From positions 112,443 to 176,442 of IMG/VR virus record IMGVR_UViG_3300039208_000529: DNA of 64,000 nt; one strand, given 5' to 3'. The notes beneath the pieces are model-generated. The model searched no databases and was not told the origin of the DNA. It saw only the letters and a list, made by a program, of their open reading frames with translations. Positions 53,672-61,979 of the stretch are shown in pieces. Source of the DNA: a virus. Its lineage: Duplodnaviria; Heunggongvirae; Uroviricota; Caudoviricetes. Position numbers and translations under genes: made by a program. The first letter of the stretch is position 1. Each line of letters starts with the position of its first letter.

Positions 53672-53710
53672 ACTGAAGGTTCACGGGTTCAAATCCCGTC
53701 CCCGTTACCA
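53633..53710 (+). tRNA. tRNA-Met (anticodon CAU) with an unpaired 1-72, initiator-like
   Basis: Close to E. coli tRNA-fMet (TGCGGGGTGGAGCAG...CTCATAA...GGTTCAAATCC), but the anticodon stem lacks the three consecutive G-C pairs. Confidence 0.7.
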
Positions 53711-53711
53711 T

Positions 53712-54182
53712 TTAAGATTTCACTAGATGTTCAATTGCATGACAGTTTGGACATAGTATTTCTAAATTTGACAACTTGTTATTTTTGTGGTTATGATCTA
53801 TATGATGCACCTGTAGTATTTTTTTATATTTATTGTAGTTACATCTATTACATTTATTTGGAAGCTTACTCCACGCTAAAGCACGATATCCTGTACCATA
53901 GTGATTAGGTTGAATGGCTTTTATTCCACCGATGCGTTGAGCCTGATCTTTATGTTGTCGGCAACAAAAGAATAAACCGCTTTTTGAATTACGCTGTTTG
54001 CTGCGGTTAAGATAAAACGGTTTCTTACACTGAGCACATTTAACATTGGGTACAGGATCTCGTTTACGGAATCTATTTGAACAAGAAATGGAACAAAACC
54101 GACCGTTGCCTCGATTGACTTCTTTCAACGATGCTTTAAATAGTTGGTGACAATACTCACATAAGCGATTTGTCGTTTTCAT
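53712..54182 (-). CDS. HNH homing endonuclease
   Basis: HHIDHNHKNN...LEILCPNCH motif. Lone minus-strand gene between tRNAs. Confidence 0.8.
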   Translation of the reverse strand: MKTTNRLCEYCHQLFKASLKEVNRGNGRFCSISCSNRFRKRDPVPNVKCAQCKKPFYLNRSKQRNSKSGLFFCCRQHKDQAQRIGGIKAIQPNHYGTGYRALAWSKLPNKCNRCNYNKYKKILQVHHIDHNHKNNKLSNLEILCPNCHAIEHLVKS

Positions 54183-54197
54183 TATATAAATATCTCC

Positions 54198-54273
54198 GGG
54201 GGTATAGTGCTAATTGGTAACACACGGCCCTTGCAAGGCCGAATACGGGGATCATAACCCCGTGCCTCCACCA
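54198..54273 (+). tRNA. tRNA-Ala (anticodon UGC) with a non-canonical T-loop (ATCATAA)
   Basis: Acceptor GGGGGTA/TGCCTCC, anticodon arm CGGCC-CUUGCAA-GGCCG, CCA encoded. Confidence 0.6.
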
Positions 54274-54318
54274 GTATATTACACTAATGCAGACTGAACT
54301 CGCTCCACCATAAAACAA

Positions 54319-54403
54319 GTGCAATGCCCAGGGCGGATCTTCGACGGAAGATGCCGGTTCGACTCCGGAGGGACTGTAGAGGTTCGAATCCTTAATTGCA
54401 CTT
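54319..54403 (+). ncRNA. tRNA-like element: perfect 7-bp acceptor GTGCAAT/ATTGCAC, no CCA, two T-arm-like hairpins; it does not fold as a canonical cloverleaf
   Basis: Hairpins CCGG-TTCGACT-CCGG, GAGG-TTCGAAT-CCTT and ATCTTC-GACG-GAAGAT read directly. Confidence 0.35.
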
Positions 54404-54438
54404 TTAGAACGCATCCGATCCCGGGGTAGCAGCTAGCA

Positions 54439-54675
54439 ATGTCATTGGACAAAAAGATCAGGGACGAGCAAGTGGAAGGCTTGTATTACAAGTATTTTAC
54501 GGAAGATGGCGGACAATATATCACCATACCTACAAAATTTGAAGATGAGTGGTATGTTGGTGTTTATGATGCTTTTACGGGAATGGAACTAAAAGACCCA
54601 AAAGCAAGATTGCTTAGGTTCTATAACGTTACTGCTTCTGAAGCTTCAGACGAAGCCGTTAAACTAGTCACATGA
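54439..54675 (+). CDS. hypothetical protein
   Basis: 78-aa ORF. Confidence 0.5.
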   Translation: MSLDKKIRDEQVEGLYYKYFTEDGGQYITIPTKFEDEWYVGVYDAFTGMELKDPKARLLRFYNVTASEASDEAVKLVT

Positions 54676-54983
54676 AAACCAAAATCTATTACAGTGTACA
54701 AAATTATGGCGATGGCACTGCTCATCCTGTGTTTTTTAGTTCACAAGAATTAGCTGATCTGCATCAAAAACATCAATGTGAAGGTTGGGCTGAAGATTGT
54801 GTTGGTTTTATCGAAATTGAATCCGATAATCCTATTCAATGCGTTCAGGTGCAAACTCGCAAAGATATGCTCAAAGAGCTTCACGAAGATTTGTTTGATG
54901 AAAACGGTGAATTAGAGTCCTGGGTTGACGACGACGACGAGTCGTGGAAATTCTATCAAGACATTCTAATGTTGGATCAATAA
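54672..54983 (+). CDS. hypothetical acidic protein
   Basis: ATGA overlap with the upstream gene. Confidence 0.5.
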   Translation: MKTKIYYSVQNYGDGTAHPVFFSSQELADLHQKHQCEGWAEDCVGFIEIESDNPIQCVQVQTRKDMLKELHEDLFDENGELESWVDDDDESWKFYQDILMLDQ

Positions 54984-55576
54984 TATTGAAGCAGTATCCC
55001 TCAATCCCATCGAAGATCATTTACAGCACTCCTATTTATGCTTTCGATAAACTGGACGGCTCGAATATTCGCGTCGAATGGACGAGAAAACGCGGGTTTC
55101 ACAAATTTGGCCGCAGAAACGGATTGTTGGACGACTCAAATCCAATCCTAAAAAAATCGATCCCCATATTTGAAGATAAATATTCTGATGATCTGGAAAA
55201 GATATTCTGCAAGCAAGGCTGGGACAAGACAATTGCTTACGTAGAATTTTATGGATCCAATTCCTTTGCCGGATTTCACGATGAATCCGACGACCACACG
55301 GTAACACTCTTTGATGTGTGGGTCCATAAGAAAGGCTTCGTACTTCCAAACCACTTTCTTTCTCTATTTAAAGATGTTGATATTCCTAATGTTGTGCATC
55401 GTGGTAAGGTCAATAAAGAAGTAGAAGGAAACATTCGTCAATCCACACTTGACGGAGTTACCTTTGAAGGTGTAGTGTGTAAGGGGCCGGGCATCTCTTT
55501 CAAGATTAAGACTAGAGCCTGGCTTGAAAAATTGAAGGCCGTGTATAGTGATCAGGAGTTTGAGCGTCTCAAATGA
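54944..55576 (+). CDS. minimal ATP-dependent RNA ligase-like nucleotidyltransferase (Rnl2-type NTase core)
   Basis: Motif I AFDKLDGSN; motif IV DGVTFEGVVCK; motif V SFKIKTRAW. Start position uncertain. Confidence 0.6.
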   Translation: MEILSRHSNVGSIILKQYPSIPSKIIYSTPIYAFDKLDGSNIRVEWTRKRGFHKFGRRNGLLDDSNPILKKSIPIFEDKYSDDLEKIFCKQGWDKTIAYVEFYGSNSFAGFHDESDDHTVTLFDVWVHKKGFVLPNHFLSLFKDVDIPNVVHRGKVNKEVEGNIRQSTLDGVTFEGVVCKGPGISFKIKTRAWLEKLKAVYSDQEFERLK

Positions 55577-55718
55577 GACAGTACGGGAAAACTAAGATTA
55601 AGTGTAAGGTGCCTGGTCACGGACACGGTTGCAGTATTTGTGTTCCAGATACCGATAAAAAAATAGGGCGGGCCCGTGCTCGTCGCAAAGGAAAAAAAGA
55701 ATGTCTCGGTGGTGTTTA
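55573..55718 (+). CDS. small Cys/His-rich basic protein (48 aa, below the cutoff); 3' end overlaps tRNA-Gly
   Basis: ATGA coupling to the ligase stop. MRQYGKTKIKCKVPGHGHGCSICVPD...RARARRKGKK. Confidence 0.3.
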
Positions 55719-55778
55719 ATGGTAGCACAAGGGATTTCCAATCCTTTAGTCTGAGTTCAAATCTCAGTCGGGACTCCA
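55703..55778 (+). tRNA. tRNA-Gly (anticodon UCC)
   Basis: Acceptor GTCTCGG/TCGGGAC, anticodon arm AGGGA-UUUCCAA-TCCTT, T-loop TTCAAAT, CCA encoded. Confidence 0.8.
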
Positions 55779-55788
55779 AATTTTTATT

Positions 55789-56238
55789 ATGAAAGAAAAA
55801 ATCGACGGCCTGAGGGAGCAAGCGAAAGACTTGGAAGAGAGAGCGTCGCTGCTCGAAGCATACAGCGTCTTGCGGGAAGCAAGTCATCTAGAATGGCGAG
55901 CAAGAGAAATGCTTGGTTTTCCAAACGACATGCTTCATGTGTGTCGTGCTCTTGATAAAGCTAAACACAACATTGCGATCAAGCTTGGTCACAGCGAGAG
56001 AGCAGAAAAACTTATTCAATGCGGTATGACTCCTGAGTTTGTTGAAGGTTGTAATTTTGTCGACGATGATACTGCTGCTGCATGTCTCGCTACGTGGCTG
56101 TTTGATCAATTTGGATTATTTGAGTACCTGTCTGATGCATCAGATTATAAACAGGACTATCAGGGAGTTTTTGATAAAGTTTCAGAGATTTTCCCGTTAG
56201 GATTAGAGTTTTATAAAACAGCTAATCACGATACCTAA
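55789..56238 (+). CDS. hypothetical protein
   Basis: 149-aa ORF starting 11 nt after the tRNA-Gly CCA. Confidence 0.55.
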   Translation: MKEKIDGLREQAKDLEERASLLEAYSVLREASHLEWRAREMLGFPNDMLHVCRALDKAKHNIAIKLGHSERAEKLIQCGMTPEFVEGCNFVDDDTAAACLATWLFDQFGLFEYLSDASDYKQDYQGVFDKVSEIFPLGLEFYKTANHDT

Positions 56239-56503
56239 GTAATGACGAAAAAATGAGTCGTTCTACGTTGTCAGTAGGATACCTTCTCGTGGGCGGAAGC
56301 CTCCCATTGGGAGAAACTTGATCCACGGTTGAAATGACAAGCTATTTAAAAAACCCACAGTATATATTTGGGTGCCTATAATCAAGTAGCTTCTACTGGA
56401 AATCGGTAGAATTGAAAATAAATACCGGTCAGTTTATAGGATAGCATTCCGGATGAGGTCGTGTAAACCGGCCAGAAAGCGGAGTATCTTACACGTCATT
56501 ACG

Positions 56504-56531
56504 CTTGACTGGCACGCAAAGTGTGCTAGAA
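56504..56531 (+). promoter_or_regulatory. sigma70-like promoter (TTGACT-16-TAGAAT) upstream of 56542..56796
   Basis: Hexamers read directly, in a 300-nt intergenic region. Confidence 0.5.
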
Positions 56532-56541
56532 TGTACTTACT

Positions 56542-56796
56542 ATGAGTGATCTAGACAAATGGATCGAGGGCCATATCGCAGGATGGCAAAGAGTGCTGCC
56601 ATCCATTTTCAGCGATCTTGTTTCTGACGATCAGCTTGTTTATGAAGATGGCAAGCAACAAATTCTCGGCATGGTTCAATGTCTTGAGGTTCTTAGGAGG
56701 CTGAAGCTTCGCGAGACAACCCTTGAGGATGAATGGGAAAAACCGATGCCTGGACCTCACGTAGAAGCTATGTTGGAGGAAGTATGCAGTCCGTAG
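56542..56796 (+). CDS. hypothetical protein
   Basis: 84-aa ORF. Confidence 0.5.
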   Translation: MSDLDKWIEGHIAGWQRVLPSIFSDLVSDDQLVYEDGKQQILGMVQCLEVLRRLKLRETTLEDEWEKPMPGPHVEAMLEEVCSP

Positions 56797-57014
56797 ATTG
56801 GATTTACGATTGGGTGGATCTTAAATTTCGCAGCAGCGAGTTTGCTGATGTTGATAAAAGATTGGCGTCTATTGATTTGCAGAAAACTAATATGACAATC
56901 TTATTGACTTGGCTCACGGCAACATTTTCAGCTAGGTCTAAATTGCCATCGCGTGAAGCTATTTTTAATTATGTGGATGAAAATTCTCACGATGCAGCAA
57001 GGGGCCTGAAATGA
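56733..57014 (+). CDS. hypothetical protein
   Basis: 93-aa ORF. Confidence 0.4.
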   Translation: MGKTDAWTSRRSYVGGSMQSVDWIYDWVDLKFRSSEFADVDKRLASIDLQKTNMTILLTWLTATFSARSKLPSREAIFNYVDENSHDAARGLK

Positions 57015-57202
57015 CCAAAGAGGAATTTATTCAACAATATATTGTCCAGTTTATGGCATCGTATGCGGCTGTAAATTATGCAGATGCGTGTTGTATGGGA
57101 GCGTTTGGACATTTACATAGATCGGAAGATGCTGAACGTCTAGCTGAAAAAGCTTGGGATGATTATGTTTTGTACACTACTCGTGGAAGAAAAACAAAAT
57201 GA
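57011..57202 (+). CDS. hypothetical protein
   Basis: ATGA overlap with the upstream gene. Confidence 0.45.
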   Translation: MTKEEFIQQYIVQFMASYAAVNYADACCMGAFGHLHRSEDAERLAEKAWDDYVLYTTRGRKTK

Positions 57203-57603
57203 ATAAGCAGTACGTTTGTAGAATTCACACCAACAGATATTCTGGCACTTTCGTTAGAGAGATTGGTGCATACATTACTGGCCAGTCTGGTGAGTTAGGC
57301 TCACATGAAAACGCAGAAATCGCTGAAGCAGAGTTAAGCGAATTTGTTTTTGACTGGTTTGACGAAAATATGCTTTTTGTTGGTCCAGAAGGTGAAACAG
57401 AGGTCGCAATTATTGCTCCTACTGATCAGTGCGTACAGATTGAGTTTTATGAGCCCGTGCCCGACGATATCCGTGAGGTTATTAAAGAACGTGCTAGATC
57501 ATTCACTCAAATTGATGATGTTTTTGGAATCCGGAAGGATCTGGAGATTACCGACATTGAATTCTTGACTCTTGAAACGCAAGTGACAGAAAAACCGCAA
57601 TGA
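57199..57603 (+). CDS. hypothetical protein
   Basis: ATGA overlap with the upstream gene. Confidence 0.5.
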   Translation: MNKQYVCRIHTNRYSGTFVREIGAYITGQSGELGSHENAEIAEAELSEFVFDWFDENMLFVGPEGETEVAIIAPTDQCVQIEFYEPVPDDIREVIKERARSFTQIDDVFGIRKDLEITDIEFLTLETQVTEKPQ

Positions 57604-57995
57604 AAAAAGTGACGATTAAACGCTCTCAGTGGCAACGTGGAGGCAGCGACAATACTTATGAACTCTTTGAAGAGAAGGACACCAATCTATGGGGAGCAAA
57701 GACTAGCTCTGGTTGCTGTCTCGGTCATGTTTTGCATCAAGCACACGGTAAATCATATAAGTCTATGCGTGGAGTTTATGCTCCGGATTCACTTGCTGAA
57801 AAAGAGGACAAAAATAATCCTCTAACACATAAAACCAAAAGTCTTGTTTTTGATAGATGCGACTATAACTGTACTGATTTTGCAGAAGAAGCTATCCGAA
57901 TCAATGATGATAATATGATCTCGGATAAGATGCGTGAATACAGACTGAAGCTTCTTTTCAAGCGAAATGGTTATGAACTAGAGTTTGTAGACTGA
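57600..57995 (+). CDS. hypothetical protein
   Basis: ATGA overlap with the upstream gene. Confidence 0.5.
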   Translation: MKKVTIKRSQWQRGGSDNTYELFEEKDTNLWGAKTSSGCCLGHVLHQAHGKSYKSMRGVYAPDSLAEKEDKNNPLTHKTKSLVFDRCDYNCTDFAEEAIRINDDNMISDKMREYRLKLLFKRNGYELEFVD

Positions 57996-58852
57996 TGATG
58001 GTTTTAATTGGTTCCAGAGCTTTGTCTCATTGGAAGCCTGAGCACAATTCTAAAGGCAAAGATTGGGATATCATTGCTTCTCCCGAGGAAGTTGAAGAGT
58101 ATATTGGTAAGTCGATTAATCGTTTTGCCTATTCGTGGAAGCATGGAGACATTGAGTTCCATAATGAAAATTACTTTGACAACTGGTTTGTTAAAAAGCA
58201 CTATAATAGTAATAGTGTGCTTGATGTTGGCAATGTTTCTGTGCTAGTTTGTTCACTGCGTGGCTTGGCTGCCATTAAACGTAGCCATTTGTGGCGACGC
58301 AAAGATTTTGCGAAACACATGATCCAGTATCAATTAATGGATCGCAACTTTGATGTATTTGACCTGGGATTTATCGAGGAACGTAAAAAGTTAATCGAAG
58401 AAGCTTTTCCTCAGCCTACGGCTCCACGAAACGTAAGTAACGAAGATTTTTTCAAAGACAACGTGCAACGTGTATTTGTGCACGACGACATTCATCCGAT
58501 CGTATCATACTACGGTGTTCCTCTTTATGAGGCTCTTAAATATGACTCAAGTATGGCTGAGTGTGAGCTAAATTTGTGGAACAGTATTTCTGCTTTAGAT
58601 CGTCATAGGGCAGTTCTCGAAGAAACTTATGTGATTGCACTTGAAAGATGGATCATTCCTGCTAGAATAGAAGGAAGGAACTATCCCACCAGGATGGCTC
58701 TATTTAAAGCATTAGAAAAATGCTGTACAACGTTAGGAGAAGGATTCTTTAGAGAACACGCAATCGACCATTGGGGCGAGATTGTAAAACTGTTCGATAC
58801 AACAAAAGTAGACAAATTTTTCGAATCGCAGTTATGGAAAAATCGATCTTAA
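57995..58852 (+). CDS. putative Pol-beta-superfamily nucleotidyltransferase
   Basis: N-terminal LIGSRAL...GKDWDII, resembling the hG[GS]-x(9-13)-[DE]h[DE]h motif. The C-terminal domain is unknown. Confidence 0.35.
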   Translation: MMVLIGSRALSHWKPEHNSKGKDWDIIASPEEVEEYIGKSINRFAYSWKHGDIEFHNENYFDNWFVKKHYNSNSVLDVGNVSVLVCSLRGLAAIKRSHLWRRKDFAKHMIQYQLMDRNFDVFDLGFIEERKKLIEEAFPQPTAPRNVSNEDFFKDNVQRVFVHDDIHPIVSYYGVPLYEALKYDSSMAECELNLWNSISALDRHRAVLEETYVIALERWIIPARIEGRNYPTRMALFKALEKCCTTLGEGFFREHAIDHWGEIVKLFDTTKVDKFFESQLWKNRS

Positions 58853-59178
58853 ACACTATTCCTGACGAAGTTGAAGACTTCCTTGGCGAAGGAGATATTG
58901 CTACAGAATTTTTTCATGAAGCAGAGTGGTCATTAGGCAAGCATGCAACCGAAGAGAATATTCAAAAGTTTAGTCCTGATGGTTGGTTGGTTAGGCTTGT
59001 AGCTCATCATGGGGGAGAAGGTCAAGGTGACGATTATTGGACCGTCGTATCATTTGAAAATGATATAGAGATTGTGTACGTAAAATTCCACGGATGGTAT
59101 GCATCTTATGAAGGCTCTACGTTCGAAGGCTTCAAGTGCGTCCAGCCCATAGTCCGAACAGTTACTTTTTACGAATGA
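58834..59178 (+). CDS. hypothetical protein
   Basis: Start taken at the internal Met (MEKSILNT...). Confidence 0.45.
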   Translation: MEKSILNTIPDEVEDFLGEGDIATEFFHEAEWSLGKHATEENIQKFSPDGWLVRLVAHHGGEGQGDDYWTVVSFENDIEIVYVKFHGWYASYEGSTFEGFKCVQPIVRTVTFYE

Positions 59179-59274
59179 CACGAAAAGAATTTGTACTAGT
59201 TATAGTGTTAGCTTTCATGGCATTTATTGCTATGTTGCTTTTTGGATCTTATCCTACTTCACCTTCAGAACAAA

Positions 59275-59349
59275 TCCGGCGTAGTTCAACGGTAGAACGC
59301 GAAGCTGTTAACTTCGTTGCTGGAGGTTCGATTCCTTCCGCCGGAGCCA
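59275..59349 (+). tRNA. tRNA-Asn (anticodon GUU)
   Basis: Acceptor TCCGGCG/CGCCGGA, anticodon arm CGAAG-CUGUUAA-CTTCG, T-loop TTCGATT, CCA encoded. Confidence 0.85.
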
Positions 59350-59350
59350 A

Positions 59351-59836
59351 ATGAAAACTCTTATTGCACTTTGTTTGCTTTGTCTACCTGCTTTTTCTAT
59401 CAACTCAACACCATTTGAAGGAAATGTTCTCAGGATCAAAGCAAAGTCCACCTACGTAAGTGGTAATCCTTACAGCGAACCAGACTGTACTCCTCCTGCG
59501 TGGGAAGGTTGTCCTCCTGAGAGACCTTACCTTGATTTCGTTTGTCTTTTTAAGTGTAGTCTTAAATACACTGACGCATGCGAAGATTTAAGTGCTATCT
59601 ATGAGATCATCTATGATCAGCTTACGTTGGGCTTACAGAATGACTTAAACCTTTGCGACTTAGATTATGAATTAGGAAATATTACAAACGCTGATTGGCT
59701 CCAATGTCGTCATGATGCTGGAGATGAGTTTAATAGAGAGGCTGAAAAACTCGAACAGGGATATAGACGAGAGCTTCGTTTTTTAACTGGCGACTATTTT
59801 GAATGTTGCAGCGAGTGTTGTTACGATGAACTATAA
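59351..59836 (+). CDS. secreted Cys-rich protein, paralogue of 53031..53480
   Basis: ATG 1 nt after the tRNA-Asn CCA, with the GGAG SD inside the tRNA acceptor stem. Signal peptide MKTLIALCLLCLPAFS and 14 Cys. Confidence 0.6.
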   Translation: MKTLIALCLLCLPAFSINSTPFEGNVLRIKAKSTYVSGNPYSEPDCTPPAWEGCPPERPYLDFVCLFKCSLKYTDACEDLSAIYEIIYDQLTLGLQNDLNLCDLDYELGNITNADWLQCRHDAGDEFNREAEKLEQGYRRELRFLTGDYFECCSECCYDEL

Positions 59837-60035
59837 CGGAGATAAATATCAGATCGTTCTTGGCAATCTCTTGACTACGTTGTATACTATGGCATACGAC
59901 GAGAAACCTATCTACAAGATTGAACTAGAGCAAGCCTTGTTACGGGCTAGAGAATCTTTAGGTGACAGAGATTATATCGAACTCATGAATGAGTTTGGAG
60001 TATTTATTAATGCAAACGTTCCTACCGACTCCTAG
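59826..60035 (+). CDS. hypothetical protein
   Basis: Start uncertain (59799 or 59826). Confidence 0.4.
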   Translation: MNYNGDKYQIVLGNLLTTLYTMAYDEKPIYKIELEQALLRARESLGDRDYIELMNEFGVFINANVPTDS

Positions 60036-60465
60036 TTTTCTGAAATCTGCTAGGTGTCTTGATTATCGTAGGCTTGGAAAGCAACGCACCGAAGCATTTC
60101 AACTTTTGATTGCAAATCAGGACGAGTGGGCTCTCGCTGAGCGTCAATGGCGAATTGATAGTGGCTTAATGAAGGACAAGCCACTAAAAAAAGGTTGGAA
60201 AACGCATCCTGCTGCTAAGATGTGGGCTCCGTATCCAGATGCTCTTAAGGAATATATGAATGTAACGATTGCCGAATGGGTCGGTAGAGGGTACAATAAC
60301 ACGATGCGTGTTGCTCCTCTGTCTGATACAATCGAGATGCCGCATTGGCTTGGTGATCATAGGTTCCATGCCTCTCATCGTTCTAATCTGCTCCGCAAAG
60401 ACTTTGACTACTACAGTCAGTTCGGTTGGACAGAATCACCAGATATGGAGTACGTATGGCCTTGA
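59989..60465 (+). CDS. hypothetical protein; weak resemblance to the pyrimidine-dimer glycosylase (DenV/Pyr_excise) N-terminus
   Basis: 158-aa ORF; the MQTFLPTPSFLKSARCLDYRRLGKQRTEA N-terminus resembles the h-x-P...L.D.+L..+.EA pattern of the DenV/Pyr_excise N-terminus only weakly. Confidence 0.45.
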   Translation: MSLEYLLMQTFLPTPSFLKSARCLDYRRLGKQRTEAFQLLIANQDEWALAERQWRIDSGLMKDKPLKKGWKTHPAAKMWAPYPDALKEYMNVTIAEWVGRGYNNTMRVAPLSDTIEMPHWLGDHRFHASHRSNLLRKDFDYYSQFGWTESPDMEYVWP

Positions 60466-60779
60466 TGTGGCGTTCTATCGTACATTTTGTTACCAGAATA
60501 GATGATAGATGGTACGTATCTGTTCCCGGCTGGGGTTTGCAAGCCTTGGTCGGACTTAAAATAGATGAGATACCTGAGTTTATTCTTGGTAAGGTAGAGG
60601 ATGGCTTTAGATGTTTCGCTAAAGTCAATCTTGGTGAGGAAGATCCTCTTAACCTCCGTTTCGAAGACTGGGAAACTCCAATTTTGTGTGAAATGTGTAA
60701 ACGAGGAGTATTTACAGGAGCAGGTTTCGATCTACTCACCTTGAAATGTTGTAAATGTGGCTGTTTAGTTAAGAATTAA
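60456..60779 (+). CDS. hypothetical protein with a C-terminal Cys cluster
   Basis: Start taken at the internal Met (MALMWRS...). Confidence 0.45.
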   Translation: MALMWRSIVHFVTRIDDRWYVSVPGWGLQALVGLKIDEIPEFILGKVEDGFRCFAKVNLGEEDPLNLRFEDWETPILCEMCKRGVFTGAGFDLLTLKCCKCGCLVKN

Positions 60780-60784
60780 GTATT

Positions 60785-60982
60785 ATGGGACGAAAAGAAC
60801 TTATTGAAGAGAAGGTTTCAAAATTCCTAATGGATCGCGGGTTTACTATGGCAACTTGGACCAACAAGCTTACTTGCGATGGTGAATCTGGAAATGACAA
60901 GGAATGGAAAGAGCTTGAGGCTTACTTGCTGTGCTCATGTGGTATTTTTACAGAAGATCGTCCACTTAAGATTTTAGCATAA
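60785..60982 (+). CDS. hypothetical protein
   Basis: 65-aa ORF. Confidence 0.45.
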   Translation: MGRKELIEEKVSKFLMDRGFTMATWTNKLTCDGESGNDKEWKELEAYLLCSCGIFTEDRPLKILA

Positions 60983-61281
60983 TGATAAATTCAGAAACAA
61001 AAAGATTAAAGAAAATAGAAGAGCTAGAGAAGCAAATTTCTGATCTTAAAAGAGAGCAAAAAGAATACGAATCTCTAGCTGATAATCAACGTCTAGCTGA
61101 ATTAATTCATGAAGTAACTTGTCATTATAACCATACGGATGGATGTAGCTGGTATTACGATTCATGGAAAACTCCAAATGTTCCACATAGTGATAGATTT
61201 AGGCATCTTAAAAAAGCAAATGCCGTTCTGGCACTTGTAAATTTTGAAGACGCCAAAAAAATTATTCTTTGCTTAAAATGA
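60982..61281 (+). CDS. hypothetical coiled-coil protein
   Basis: TAATG overlap with the upstream gene. Confidence 0.5.
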   Translation: MINSETKRLKKIEELEKQISDLKREQKEYESLADNQRLAELIHEVTCHYNHTDGCSWYYDSWKTPNVPHSDRFRHLKKANAVLALVNFEDAKKIILCLK

Positions 61282-61493
61282 AACAACAACTATCAATGTG
61301 GGTTGATGTCTACCGCTCTGACGACGGAGAGATGTTCGTTGGCATTGAATGCGACGACCCGGAAGTAACGTTCGATGGACACTATGTGTGTATCTTTCCA
61401 AGGCACGAGAATGAAAATGACTTAGAGGGTGCTATGGAGAGAGCTGAATTTATGTTGTCATATATGAAAGGCCAGAGGCAAATTAAAAGATGA
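61269..61493 (+). CDS. hypothetical protein
   Basis: 74-aa ORF. Confidence 0.45.
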   Translation: MLKMKQQLSMWVDVYRSDDGEMFVGIECDDPEVTFDGHYVCIFPRHENENDLEGAMERAEFMLSYMKGQRQIKR

Positions 61494-61672
61494 TCCCGGA
61501 AATTAAAGATCGTAATATTTTGGCAGAATTGTTTTGGCTCCTTGTCACTGCTGTATTTTTCAGCATCTTAATGGCTTCTTTTGGCTGGTGGAAACTACCC
61601 TTCTTTCTTGCTCTTGGTTGGTTTTGGCCTGAGATCTATTATAGAGTTAAAGACTTCTTTTCAAGAGAATAG
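61490..61672 (+). CDS. small membrane protein (2 TM segments)
   Basis: ATGA overlap with the upstream gene; hydrophobic. Confidence 0.45.
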   Translation: MIPEIKDRNILAELFWLLVTAVFFSILMASFGWWKLPFFLALGWFWPEIYYRVKDFFSRE

Positions 61673-61855
61673 ATGTACCAATACGGAGATTTTATAAAAC
61701 AAGTGCTAAGGGCCGTATTTCAACTTACTGATGCCCAGCTAAGATCACTCATCACTGCACTTGAATTAGAATTACAGGATAGAGCTAAAAATGGAAAGCA
61801 AAGCAGACAAGCTGGTGGAAGTCCTGAGGAGATTGCTGGAACCGAAGCCGAATGA
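61673..61855 (+). CDS. hypothetical protein
   Basis: 60-aa ORF. Confidence 0.4.
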   Translation: MYQYGDFIKQVLRAVFQLTDAQLRSLITALELELQDRAKNGKQSRQAGGSPEEIAGTEAE

Positions 61856-61979
61856 CGTGAGCGGAAAAGACTTTGCTGCCGTCAGTCAGTTTCGTCGCAA
61901 GATTCTACTTTCTCTATTTTCAGATATTGTTTTATCTGATAAAGACTCTAAAGAATTACTAGATCGATTGAGAGATTGA
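61791..61979 (+). CDS. hypothetical protein
   Basis: 62-aa ORF overlapping the previous gene in another frame; only one of the two is likely to be real. Confidence 0.3.
   Translation: MESKADKLVEVLRRLLEPKPNDVSGKDFAAVSQFRRKILLSLFSDIVLSDKDSKELLDRLRD

Noticed and set aside
54157-54414. Minus-strand ORF 54157..54414 (85 aa)
   Set aside because: It spans tRNA-Ala and the tRNA-like element on the opposite strand, so it is almost certainly not coding.
55552-55887. Minus-strand ORF 55552..55887 (111 aa), and 55888..56109-
   Set aside because: They overlap tRNA-Gly and a + strand gene. The sequence is Phe/Leu-rich antisense-type.
59136-59354. Plus ORF 59136..59354 (72 aa)
   Set aside because: It runs through tRNA-Asn. 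The upstream gene 58834..59178 ends with a proper stop, so this is the tRNA read in a protein frame.
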